Below the pieces are notes generated by a model. The model searched no databases and was not told the DNA's origin. It saw nothing but the letters and a program-made list of their open reading frames with translations. A program made the translations under genes and the position numbers. From Octopus bimaculoides (lineage: Eukaryota): a stretch of 64,000 bases of DNA. Positions within the stretch are counted from its first letter, which is position 1. Each line of letters opens with the position of its first letter. Location of the stretch: positions 32,991,601 to 33,055,600 of the forward strand of contig NC_068990.1 in NCBI RefSeq assembly GCF_001194135.2. Reading direction: 5' to 3'. Shown piece after piece: positions 25,596 through 37,303 of this stretch.

Positions 25596-27304
25596 ATATT
25601 CATGTGTCTGTATGAATGTGTGTAAGTGTGTGCATGCTGTATTTTTGTATAAAACAAAAGATGATTTGAAAATAAAAATAGGGGACAGGAAAATGAGATT
25701 TTCTAATAACACAGCTGTTTACAAATGCATATTTTATTAAAAGGAAAATTTGTTCATATATTTTTCACTTTCTTCTGGCAGGACACAGTTGGAAATTAAA
25801 TAATTATTTGCTGTAAAGCAAGGTTTTAGAATTTCTCAAGTAAAATGGATGTTTTCTTTTTTTTCTTCTTTTCTCTCACTCTCTCTTAGAATCTTGATAA
25901 ATCTGCTTTCCAGGGTAGATTTATTCACTCGGCTAGCAAGGCTGGTTTTAACATGGTTAGAAATAATATGATTAAGATGAAATATGATTTACTAGAAATT
26001 TGATAGTGTAGAAGGATATTTGTTCTTGTTTTTGTTGACTTGTTTCCATATATTTTCTGTGTTTTAGTGAGTGGGATGGTCTATTTGTTGAAAGAATTAT
26101 GTTTACAGCTGCAGTCTCTTGATATTGTTGACAGCTATAGAATAAGAAGAACTTGTGTTTTATACATTCAAGATACACTGGAGCAAATAAAGTTATGTTG
26201 TTTTTGTTGTTTAGTTTTAGGTCATGCATGATTGAATAAATCAAAGGCATTGCAGCCTTAATATATCAGTAAATTTTTGATCAGGTATAGTGTATCAAGG
26301 ATTATATTCTGCAATGTGTTTGTTTTTTAAAATTGGCATTGTGTTATATAAATCAAAATTTAGCTATTTCCAGCAAATCAAACAATACTTTAGAGACACC
26401 CCCATTGGCTTGACCTGTTTTATCTATTTTGGTCAGCAGCAAAAGCTCAATGGCTATGTAGTATTCTTTGAAATGAAGGCCATGTGAGCAGTGCCCTACA
26501 TCCACTGAGCCTTTGTTTCACCATCAGAAATCGATAATATAAGATTTACAGAAATTACCTTCTGGAAAGCTTTTGGATGGCCAATTTTTAGTTTTCTGCC
26601 TGATAATGAACCATGTCTCATGGTTCATGTCTCATGGTTCATTCTCATGGTTCATGTCTCATGTGGCTTTTTCTTTAAAAAAACGGTTGTCTATGTCTGT
26701 TCTAAACAAAAACTTATGGAGAAATATATGTAAAATATTTTCCTAGTTGTGAGAAAACAACGAACATATGATTGATTAAAGGAAATATTAAAAAAAAAAT
26801 TTCTAATGAAACAAAATTGGAGAAATTATAATGAAATCATTTAAAGTAGAATAATATATCATCATCATCAGCAGCAGCATCCAGTGTTTTAAATCCGGGT
26901 TTTGTCCCTGTTTATAGGGGTGGCTACATCTACCTCAATGCCATAACAACCACCCTCACACCATCTTGCCCAGTTTTGGGCTTCCTTCTTTTTTCAAACC
27001 AACCCTCTGAATCTATAATTCTCAAAAATAAAATGTCAGGAATAACACAGCTCAATAAAGGCCACATCATAAGTGTAGACCATAAATAGTTTTATTAAAT
27101 AAGTGTAAGGTTACAGCAAAGCAATGTAGCTCTTTCAATGCATTTTGTATCACATCTGAGATCAGAGGATAAATGGGAAATCCAAACAGTTATAACTCAG
27201 TTGAAGTAGAAAAAGAAAAGGAGAAATAAGAAATAAATGAAAACAAGTTGAAAGAACTGTTTTAAAGAATTGGGTAATTTTTAGAAAAAAAATGTACTTT
27301 GGAA

Positions 27305-27825
27305 AATGTGGTGGCAAAGTTCAAGGAGCTATTACCTTTGTTTGAAACATGAGGGATTGTCTTTTTAAGTCCAGGGTGCATTGTATGGTGCCTGTGTAGT
27401 GTATCAAGTGTAATGTTGCATGATAATGTAACATGGGCCATAAATGAAAAAAGTGTTCAATGGCTGGAAAGGAACAGGGTGAGCCTGTTCTGGATGTGTA
27501 ATGTAAGGAAGCATGAATGACAGATTACAAATGATCCGAGAGAAAAGTGGATATGTGAGGAATTAAAAGCAGGGTACAAGAGAGAAGACAGAACTAGTAT
27601 AGATATGTGATGCATATGGAAGATGTTAGTAGAGGATAGTAGTGCTAAGTCATTTAAGAAGAAGAGGAGAATGGAAGATGATAGTGAAAAAGTGGTGAAA
27701 GATGATGCTTGGAGGTTGACACCCATAAAGAAAATGACAGAGGACTACAACTAGTCACAAGATATTGCACTGGCAAAAAACCTGTCCAACCCATGCAAAC
27801 TTGAAAAAATGATGATAATGACGGT
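27305..27825 (+). mobile_element. RTE LINE ORF2 C-terminal remnant + 3' tail
   Basis: Reads AKFKELLPLFET..LYGACV....LHDNVTWAIN....WLERN.....WMCNV... (the RTE LY..CV...MLYGSETW pattern). Ends cctgtccaacccatgcaaacttgaaaaaatgatgataatg. Confidence 0.75.
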
Positions 27826-28526
27826 AAACATTATTCTTATTCTGAAGCCAAACTTCCCAGCCACAATACCAGATATTTATTACCTATCATCATTATTTTT
27901 ATTTATTATTTTATATTCATATCTTTATAGCAGGGCAGATTTGATCTGCAATTTTAATCAGTTGTATGAATTTTAAAAGCAAAAGTATTTTGTCTGTTTT
28001 TTTTTTTTTCTTTTTCCTTAGAATTCCTTCTGAATCTTTTCAATTGTGATTGAATGATTTAAAAAAAAAATTCTTTTTTACTATTAGCATCGTCTTTATT
28101 CTTATTTTGCATTGATATAGCACTGGCTGGTTAAATCAGAAAACTCATGAATATTCATTCAATGTCAGATCAGATAAATATTTTTCTACAGGTGATTGTC
28201 TCTGCACAGTGATAAAGATGCACAATGATAGAGAAAATAATCTCCCTCTCTCTCGGCCAATTTACTGTATATTGTATATTACTAACCATCAATTTATTGA
28301 GAGTATTGTGGTGGAGCACTGCCCCATGTCTCATTTATAAACTTCAAACAATAAGACCTTAGCCAAATACTGTTAATTAATGCAGTTAATTAAGAGTTTA
28401 AGCGTCATTAGTTACTTAAGTTACACAGAACAAAGGACTCGGTCATACAGGATCCCTGATTATAGCTAAGTGTACAGAAGTTCTGAGAATTAACTCTTTG
28501 CCTGTGCTGTGTATCACATGAATCAG

Positions 28527-28835
28527 GGCACATGGCTTAGAGGTTAAGTTATTTGGTTCACAATCATAAAGTCATAAGTTCAATTCCTGGTGATGCATTG
28601 TGTCCTTGAGCAAGACACTCTACTTCATGTTGCTCCAGTTCACTCAAATGGCGAAAATGAGAAGCACTTGTATTTCAAAGGACCAGCCTTTTTATATTCT
28701 GTGTCACACTGAATCTCTATGAGAACTACATTAAGGGTACACATGTCTCTGCAGTGCTTAGCCACGTGCATGTTAATTTCATGAGCAGGCTGTTCCAATG
28801 ATTGGATCCAACTGGAACCCTCATTGTCAGTTTAG
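28527..28835 (+). mobile_element. SINE family C
   Basis: Co-linear with the copy at 7887-8207. Confidence 0.85.
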
Positions 28836-29059
28836 TATCACATATGATACACAGGATATATTTCCCTGGCATCCATGCATCATGTGTGGTACACATTCCC
28901 AATTTATTTTCAACAGCTGGAGTAACTTGGGATTTATGGAAAGAAAGATTTATATTACTCAGTGTGGATGGCACAAAAACTAACTAGAAGTCTGAAAACA
29001 AGCATGGATGTTTAAGAGAAACTCATGAAAATGCTTTGGACAGATGAAAAGTTAAACTG

Positions 29060-29450
29060 TGACACTGAAGAAAATTCATGACGTGGAACTAAATTCAATT
29101 TGTCCACTGGTTGACTCATTCCCCAACATTTTGATCAGAAGTGTCTCTACTCTTTCCGTTTATAAAAGAATAATGGATCTTTATTCCTTTATGAGGGAAC
29201 CTCTGTTGGTTTTGATGACAAGCATTCAGTTGTTTGATACAGCACATCAAATTAACACATGAACGACTGAGTATTTGGAAAATTTTATCAAGATCATTTC
29301 CCTATGATAAAGGGAAATCATTCTGTCCTCCTTGTATGGATGAACAACGATTTATCCTCTTTTCCAAACATACACTGGTCAATACCTATAAAGAACATGT
29401 TTACAGGTGTTTACATTAGAAAAAAACACTCTTTCAGCTATTTCAAATAT
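29060..29450 (+). mobile_element. Penelope-like element remnant (RT thumb fragment + GIY-YIG C-terminal extension)
   Basis: ORF 29059-29262 contains PLVDSFPNILIRSVSTLS. ORF 29234-29419 contains SIWKILSRSFPYDKGKSFCPPCMDEQRFILFSKHTLVNTYKEHVYRCLH, matching the Penelope pattern W.IL....PY......C.LC..EK..IL......LN...E....CRH. Confidence 0.7.
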
Positions 29451-29841
29451 CTACCCCTTACCTAATAATATCTGCAATGTAATCTTTATTCTTACTTCTC
29501 ATACCTCCTATTCTTTCCTCCATCTTTTCTTTCAATCTATCATTTATTTTCTATTTGCTTATACCTCCATTTCTCCTTTAATTTTCTTTCTCTCTTCCTT
29601 CTCTTCCCCTATGACTTCAAATTTCTTAACAGCAATTTTAAAATTACTAGCATTCCCTATATAACTTTGCTTTCCATTTATGTATATGTATGTATGTATG
29701 TGTGCATGTACGTATATGCATGTATATTTGTGCATATGTGCATGCATGTATTTATATGTATACATATGTATGTATATATCTATATATCATATATTGTAGT
29801 TTCTTACATCTGTTAAAATGACTTATTGATGCACACTGTTG

Positions 29842-29948
29842 TTTATATCCTCCCTGATGAGATTGATGCATTGTTCCACATTATTCATCCTCTTGGATTT
29901 ATTTTAATGCATCTATCGAAACATATGCCGGTCATATGATGATATAAA
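29842..29948 (+). ncRNA. Type I minimal hammerhead-like motif with palindromic ATAT loop (GUC mutated to GCC)
   Basis: CTGATGA at 29854-29860, stem II gattgatgcatt/aatgcatctatc (11/12 pairs), GAAAC ATAT GCC at 29918-29929. Stem I is cc/gg plus tttatatc/gatataaa. Confidence 0.6.
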
Positions 29949-30320
29949 TGATTTAAATAACATCTTGTGTGTTTGTCTCCATTTTCCATTATTCTTATAT
30001 ATATATAATCCTGGTGGTTACCGTGTTTCCTCTTAAATCAGTTTCATATGCTAGCTAAACACAACAATCCTTTAGTGATACCCAAGTTAACAATCAGTTG
30101 CTAGACTCTGACAAATATTCTCGCTTGATAAATTTGACTTTAAAATGGCAGTAAATAAGGACCCTATGAAACCGTACAGACAATGACACCAGGATACATA
30201 TCTATCAGTGTGCAGTCGATGTAGTTGAAATGTGTGTAGGTACAGAAAGGAATGCTGTAAATAACTGTTTATTAAAATCACAGATGTGGAAAATCTCTGT
30301 TTTCCTTATCATTATTAATA

Positions 30321-30358
<38 letters not shown>

Positions 30359-30431
30359 TCTTATACATACATACATACATATATACATACATACATACAT
30401 ATATACATACATACATACATACATACAGTTA

Positions 30432-30464
<33 letters not shown>

Positions 30465-30859
30465 ATATATATATATATAATTTATATATATATATATATG
30501 TTTGTATGTATGTATGTATCTTATGGGTGATTATAATTATATATACTGAGATGTTAATGTCAATAATTCAGTTGTGATAAGGCAGTGCCATGACTAACTG
30601 AAGCCAGGAGACTAATGTACTCTCACCTACAAGTGATATGAACCAGCCAAGAAAAAATTTAGAGCCACGATATTTTGGTCAGTTATTCACGTTCTTAAAA
30701 TTCAGTCAATGTGCCATAAAGGAATAAGTTTTGGTTGTTTAATGGACAGATGTCTGAATGTGGAAAAAAATGAAACTCAAAGAATATTATTATCAAAGAT
30801 GTTGCACAGTTTACAATATTATGATGCTGTAGACAGAAGGTATAGTGTGTACTGGGGAT

Positions 30860-31480
30860 TTATGCTGTCTGTCAAGTCATGGCAAGGATCTCAGACAGAA
30901 AACACTTTAAACAGTATGTTTGCAGTTCTAAGTAAAGCCAAATTTTATAATACACCAAGATTGTAGGGTATTTCTAAAGTGTACAGATGTTTCTTCAGGC
31001 TGAGTAGCATTGAACCAAATGCTCTGATGACAACAGGAACAATCTTTATGTTTGACTATTACAGCTGCCATATCTTGGCAGTCTCAATCTTCAGGTCTCC
31101 ATATTTGTCTATCTTTCCTCTGCCACATCAATTATTAGGCACTGCTGCTTGTCCTTCTTAAAGGTGACAATATCTGGTTTTTGATGCTCAAAAACCTTGT
31201 CTGGTCCTACTTTGGGCATGCATCGATAGATTGGAGAGCTTGTGCTTTTGGTATTCAGGGTAATCTTGGATCTGTGGGGTTCCTCGATTTGCTCTAATGG
31301 AGTTTCTGCTGTATCAGGATTTTTTGCTTATTATGCATACTTTTATTGCATTTCACCGTTTCTTTCAATTTCTTTCTCCGCATCTTTTATGAAAATCCCT
31401 ATACAAATTGTTGACCATCTTTGTGATGTCTTCCTCATCCATGTGCCTGTGGCTAATAAAAGAAATCATCATCATTTATT
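30860..31480 (-). mobile_element. RLE-type (R4/Dong-like) LINE C-terminal remnant
   Basis: Minus strand reads DKVFEHQKPDIVTFKKDKQQCLIIDVA...IVPVVIRAFGSMLLSLKKHLYTLEIPYNLGVL*NLALLRTANILFKVFSV*, containing the PD..D/ExK endonuclease and V.PVVIGALG motifs. Confidence 0.8.
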
Positions 31481-31697
31481 ATTATCATTATTATTATTAT
31501 TACCAACATTATTATTTCAAAATTTTTTATGTCTCACCCCAATGATGGAATTTAAGTGGGTTTACTCTTGGATAATAAGTCACCACCTCTGACCTCAGCC
31601 ATCCAAGTACGTTCGAATGATCTTTGCTGTTCCTGACAAGCAGGTCAGTTGCTGGTATTCTTCTTCTTCTTCTTCTTCTTCTTATTATTATTAAGTT

Positions 31698-31875
31698 GGC
31701 GAGCTGGCAAAATCATTAGCATGCTGGGTGAAATGCTTAGCGGCATTTTGTTCATCTTTATGTTCTGAGTTCAAATGCTATCAGAGTTGACTTTGCCTTT
31801 CATCAGTTGAGCGTTGGGGTCAATGTAATTGACTTAGCCTCTCCCCGAACCTGCTGGCCTTGGGCCAAAATTTTA
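31698..31875 (+). mobile_element. SINE family A (internally deleted)
   Basis: ggcgagctggcaaaatcattagc head and gttgactttgcctttcatc central domain. Confidence 0.8.
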
Positions 31876-32075
31876 AATTATTATCAATAGTGGTGGTTGT
31901 GGTGGTGGTGGTGGTGGCAGTAGCAATAGTAGTAGTAGTAGTAGTAGTAGTAGTATGATGATGATGATGATAAGGAAGAGGAGGAGGAGGAAAAGGAGGA
32001 GGAGGAAAGGAGGAGGAGGACATCAATGATGGTATTGATAGTAGCTGTACTGAAGAAATCATGATGATGATGGTA

Positions 32076-32109
<34 letters not shown>

Positions 32110-33180
32110 CAGCAGTAGTAGTGGTGGTGATGTGATGAAGATGATAATAGTGAACTAGTGCATCAACAACAACAATAAGTGAACCAACATCCAACATAAA
32201 ACACTTTTGTTGAAGAAGGGGAGGTGGAAGAGGAAGAGAAGGAGGAGAAGTTGTTATCAGATTTCTTGTAGCTAGCTCAGTTTATGACTTTACCCAATTA
32301 GGAAGAATATTTATTGAATTAGCGTTTTTCTGTTGTAACCAGAAGGGAAAATAAAGTAGTTAAGAGTTTTCAATGTTGAGTTTAGGCCAGCAGTAATACT
32401 AATGAAATGTTCTCCCTCTCACATATGTGATTCTATTTAATTTTCTTTGAGACAAAAGTAATCTTCCTTTCTTCTTTTGTCTTTTAAACAGAAACAATTT
32501 CTTTTGTTGTAGATTGCATTTATATATCAAACAATTCAATCAATGATATCTAAGTTTCAATCCCAGAGGAGGATATCAATAAGGGTTCTTTATGAGATGT
32601 GAACCAATCTAGTCATCATGGCTATGGTAGTGATTCTATTGAAGGATTATATATTTATATCATATCACCAAACACGTTGTCCAGTCAGACCATTTGCCAA
32701 ATAATGGAAAATTCATATTCTGTTGTTGGCACCTTACTGTACCTATGCCGTGTAATCTTCATTGCCCAACCAGTGACATAGATTAGGCTGTCTGCAAATG
32801 TTATGCTACAGTTTTATAATTTTCAACTGTAAGCAAGGTGAGCCTATTTCTCTAGCTTGTCTTACTGAGATGAATCCCTTGTGTGGATATATTTCAGATG
32901 ATTCAATCAGTTATATCTTGATTTTCTCTAGACTCTATACAGGATGATAAATTGTTAAGTGGTTCTCCTTCCTACAACATTGTGAGTCATAGTGTTTAAG
33001 TAGAATCATGTGAACTAAGTAGAAAATACGTTATGAACCAGATGTATTTATTTATTTATGATTTTCTATTTAACCAGTTGCCAATAAAGTCAATAAGGGA
33101 GCTTCTCTATGGTTGTTCAGGCTGTTAGAATTAACAGCATACGGACAAGGACAGCTGCATAAAGAAGTACTGATTACTAA

Positions 33181-33585
33181 TTGTGGAAAAAACCTGTGGA
33201 AGAGGTTGAACAAGAAAGATGTGGGATGAGATAGAGAAATATGATCTTCAGATGCTGAGCCTCACAGAGGAGATGACAAGTCACTGGGACTTTTGGCAAA
33301 TTACTGTGCTTGAGAAGATGCTTCATGCTAAGTGAAATCATAGTCATGGTCTAGTGCCAGTGACATGTGAATGGCACCAGTGTTGGCGACACAAAAAAGA
33401 CACCCATGATGGTGACACGTAAAAGACACCCAGTACACTCTGTGGAGTGGTTGGTGTTAGGACGGGCATCTAGCCATAGAAACCAGGCCAAAAGAGACTG
33501 GAGCCTGGTGCAGCTCTCCAGCTTACCATCACCATTCAAACCATCTAACCCATGCCATCATGGAAAATGGATGATGATGATGATC
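33181..33585 (+). mobile_element. 5'-truncated RTE LINE: ORF2 end + 3' UTR + (GAT)n tail
   Basis: Reads CGRG*TRKMWDEIEKYDLQMLSLTEEMTSHWDFWQITVLEK (the GRGRP.KTW pattern). Then ggcatctagccatagaaacc...ctaacccatgccatcatggaaaatggatgatgatg. Confidence 0.8.
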
Positions 33586-33957
33586 TCACTTGTATCACAT
33601 TCTACTAACTTAAAAAAGGTAAGGGCACATTGGATAATAACAGCTCTTGATATACTGTGATTAAATAGCCGTAGCTAAGAACCTCTTTGACTACAAGCCA
33701 GCTATAAGAGGGCTAAATTTGGGTTGACCACTTATATAATTATTTACTGACAGACCACTTATATAATTATTTATGACAGACCAAAAACAAGAATGATTTA
33801 TGAGATGAATATTAAAAATGAAATGAGTTTTGAATTAAAATGAGATAAGAAGCAAAACACTGGACAAGACTTGTGAGGAATCTCAGAGTTAGAACTAAAG
33901 GGCGAAAATAAGCAGTATATTCACTGGTGAGTTATATTCCTTAAGAATTTAGATCTA

Positions 33958-34372
33958 TCATCATCATTTAATGCCTGTTTTCCATGCTGGCATGGGTTGG
34001 ACAATTTGACTGGGGCTGGTAAGGCCAGGGGTTGTACCAAGCTCTATTGTCTGTTCTGGTAAGGTTTCTATGGTTGGATGCTCTTCATAGTGCCAACCAC
34101 TCCACAAAGTGTACTGGGTGCTTTTTTATGTGGCACCAGCACCAGTGTTTTTAACGTGGCACCAGCTTATGTGCTTTTTATGTGGCATCTGCACTGCTGT
34201 CAATTCTTTAGTGTCAGACAGGTATTCTTGAGTACAGCAATACATCAGGTATTGTGGTCCTTAATCCTTTGCTTTGCAAGGCTCAGTGTCATGAGATTAG
34301 CCCTCAATACTCCATCCCATGTCTTTCTGGGTCTCCCTCTTCCACAAGTTCCATCCACTTCAGTATGCAACT
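33958..34372 (-). mobile_element. 5'-truncated RTE LINE
   Basis: Minus strand reads CGRGRPRKTWDGVLRANLMTLSL, followed by the shared UTR and (GAT)n tail. Confidence 0.8.
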
Positions 34373-34920
34373 GTCTACATCCATACATATCTACTAAGTA
34401 TTAGACACAAGTTGATGACAATAATGATCATGATTAGGATGATGATGATGATGATCATCATAAGCAGAATGATAATGATGATGATGCTGAAGATTACGAT
34501 GACTATGATGGTGATTAAAGGCAGAGAAAAGAAATAAGAAGGCTTTAACATGTTTGGAATATATATGAGAAACAATGACCAAGTTGCCATAGAAACAACA
34601 ACTATCACTAAAATAATGACATCTTAAGTCAGAAAGTTATAGAACTGGAGAAAATACAAGAAAAAGAAAATCTGTGAAATTTATTGTTTCTTGAGGATTT
34701 GGGATAACATAAATAATAAAAATGGCCACCGCCATGGAATATAAATTGGATTGTTTAATTTGTTTGAAGATTATTGCTGGTATCTGTTTATAATAAACAA
34801 CTTCTGTTGCCAAGAAAGGTGAAAGCAGTCAAATTAGCTTGATTGACCTGAGTGAATGACTGATATTAGTTTTATTAATCCCACGAAGCACTGTTAATTA
34901 TGGTAGGTTTACAGCGAATG

Positions 34921-35140
34921 TTCTTTTATTCTTCTATTCTTTTACATGTTTCAGTCATTTGACTGCAACCATGCTGGAGTACCACTTTGAAGGACTTTTA
35001 ACTGAACGAATCAACCCCAGAACTTATTCTTTGTAAGCTTAGTACTTATTCTATCAGTTTCTTTTGCCAAACTGGTAAGTTATGGAGATGTAAACACACC
35101 AACATCAATTGTCAAATGATGGTGGTGGGAAAAACACACA
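34921..35140 (-). mobile_element. SINE family B 3' half
   Basis: Reverse complement of the family B tail (tttcagtcatttgactgcaaccatgctggag...aaccccagaacttattctttgtaagc). Confidence 0.8.
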
Positions 35141-35161
35141 TAAATACATACATACATACAT

Positions 35162-35226
<65 letters not shown>

Positions 35227-35229
<3 letters not shown>

Positions 35230-35815
35230 TCATCATCATCATTGTTTAACGTCTGCTTTCCATGCTGGCATGGGTTGGACGGTTTGACTGAGGACTGGCA
35301 AGCCAAATGACTGCACCAGGCTCCAATCTGATCTGGCAGAATTTCTACAGCTGGATGCCCTTCCTAATTCCAACTACTCCGAGACTGTAGTGGGTGTTCT
35401 ACGTGCCACCAGCATGAGGGCCAGTCAGGTGGTACTGGCAATGACCACGTTCAAATGGTGTTTTTTACATGCCACCTGCACAGGAGCTAGTCCAGCAGCA
35501 CTGGCAATGACCTCGTTCAAATGTTTTTCACATTCCACTGGCACAAGTGCCAGTAAGGTGACACTGGTAACGATCTCGCTCGATTGGTGCTTTTTATGTG
35601 TCACCAGCACGGGAGCCCGTCAGCAGCCCTGGCAACGATCACGCTCGGATGGAGCTCTTAGTGCTCCACTGGCACAGATGCCAGACATGCGCTGCTGTCA
35701 TTGAATTTGATTTCAATTTCACTTGCCTCAACAGGTCTTCGCAAGCAGAGTTTAGTGTCCAATGAAGGAACGGTACGCATAGGTGGGCTGGTTACACCAC
35801 TGGCTTAGGCCACAC
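35227..35815 (-). mobile_element. RTE-derived 3'-end element with internal repeats
   Basis: (CAT)n start on the plus strand; co-linear with the copies at 21349-21805 and 51117-51732. Confidence 0.85.
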
Positions 35816-35872
35816 GTTATATATATATATGTATATTTTGTTTTGAATTTGTGTGAATGTGTATAGAATAAT

Positions 35873-36219
35873 ATATCAGTTGAATAAAGGTAAAACATGG
35901 TCTGATTTTCATGTTTTTTATCATGGTATTTCAACACTGAAAAATATTTTGTAATGCACATAAAGTTAAATTAACGTTTTCATACATAGTGTAATCATCA
36001 GATTTCAAATGTGTTTAACTGACAGTTGAGTTCCTGACAACTTTAGTACCTCTTAGAATGCTCCAACAACAGTTAAGCACATTTGAAATCTGATGATTAC
36101 TCTATGTACGAAAACGCTAATTGAACTTAATGAACATTACAAAATATTTATTTAATGTTAAAATAACATAATAAAAAACAGGAAAACCAGACCATGTTTT
36201 AACTTTATTCAACTGATAT
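35873..36219. repeat. Long palindrome: ~150-bp inverted arms with a 48-bp spacer, each arm carrying a hammerhead-like core
   Basis: 35873-36021 versus the reverse complement of 36070-36219 gives about 17 differences by eye. The right arm reads CTGATGA ttactctatgtac GAAA acgcta at 36090-36119, with a mirror copy on the minus strand at ~35968-36006. Confidence 0.9.
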
Positions 36220-36385
36220 TTCGAACCCACAAGAGTTAACAAGTGAAACAGAGACAGGCAGAAACAAGAAAAATGCTGCTGTTACTTGAATACTATACAA
36301 ATATGTCTTTAAAAAGACTTCTTTTAAATTTACCAAAATTTAATTTTTCAATAATTTTTCAAAAATCTATTATTCATATTTACTG

Positions 36386-36415
36386 TTGAAAAGATCTCAA
36401 GGATCGAAACCGGTT
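36386..36415 (+). ncRNA. Degenerate hammerhead-like motif (core decayed)
   Basis: ttgaaaa GATC tcaag GATC GAAAC CG GTT. Stem II, GAAAC and a palindromic ACCGGT stem III are present, but CUGAnGA is degraded to TTGAAAA. Confidence 0.3.
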
Positions 36416-36466
36416 CTGTGATGTTCTTTATAAAAGTATTTTAGCATTTTCTACTTTGTCTTTTTT

Positions 36467-36499
<33 letters not shown>

Positions 36500-36500
<1 letters not shown>

Positions 36501-36605
36501 CAGGCTTCTTTCAGTTTCCATCTACCAAATCCACTCACAAGGTTTTGATTGGTCTGAAGGTACTTGCTCAAGGTGTCATGCAGTGGGACTGAACCTGAAA
36601 CCAAA
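36500..36605 (-). mobile_element. SINE family B 5' fragment
   Basis: ggcttctttcagtttccatctaccaaatccactcacaagg...gcagtgggactgaacc. Confidence 0.75.
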
Positions 36606-36984
36606 CCATGTTTTTGAGATGATTGAATATTTTTTCTCAGTATTGCATTAACAGTATGTTGTAATGTTCATGCTATGCTGAAGAATATCACCGATGTGGA
36701 ATTATTACAACTGGGGGTTAAAACTAGATTGCAAGTTAACCTTCTCAGGAGTTTACTTGTCTTCTTCTCTGAAACTAATTCTAAGCACAAAGAATGGATT
36801 TCTGTCTATTTCCTGCCAATTTTATGTGTGGAAATATTGAAATTCTCTAAAAACAGATCAAAGTTTACATCAAAACATTGTTTGATCATTGGGAAGTGAC
36901 AGCAGTCAAAATTTCATTTACTATTTATTTGATAAAGGTCATTATTCATGCTTGCTGCTGCTGTTGTTGTTACTGATTTTTCTA

Positions 36985-37303
<319 letters not shown>

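Noticed and set aside
36675-36899. ORF starting MLKNITDVELLQLGVK, superficially like a SAM domain
   Set aside because: The similarity covers only ~15 residues; there is no supporting splice structure or neighbouring exon.
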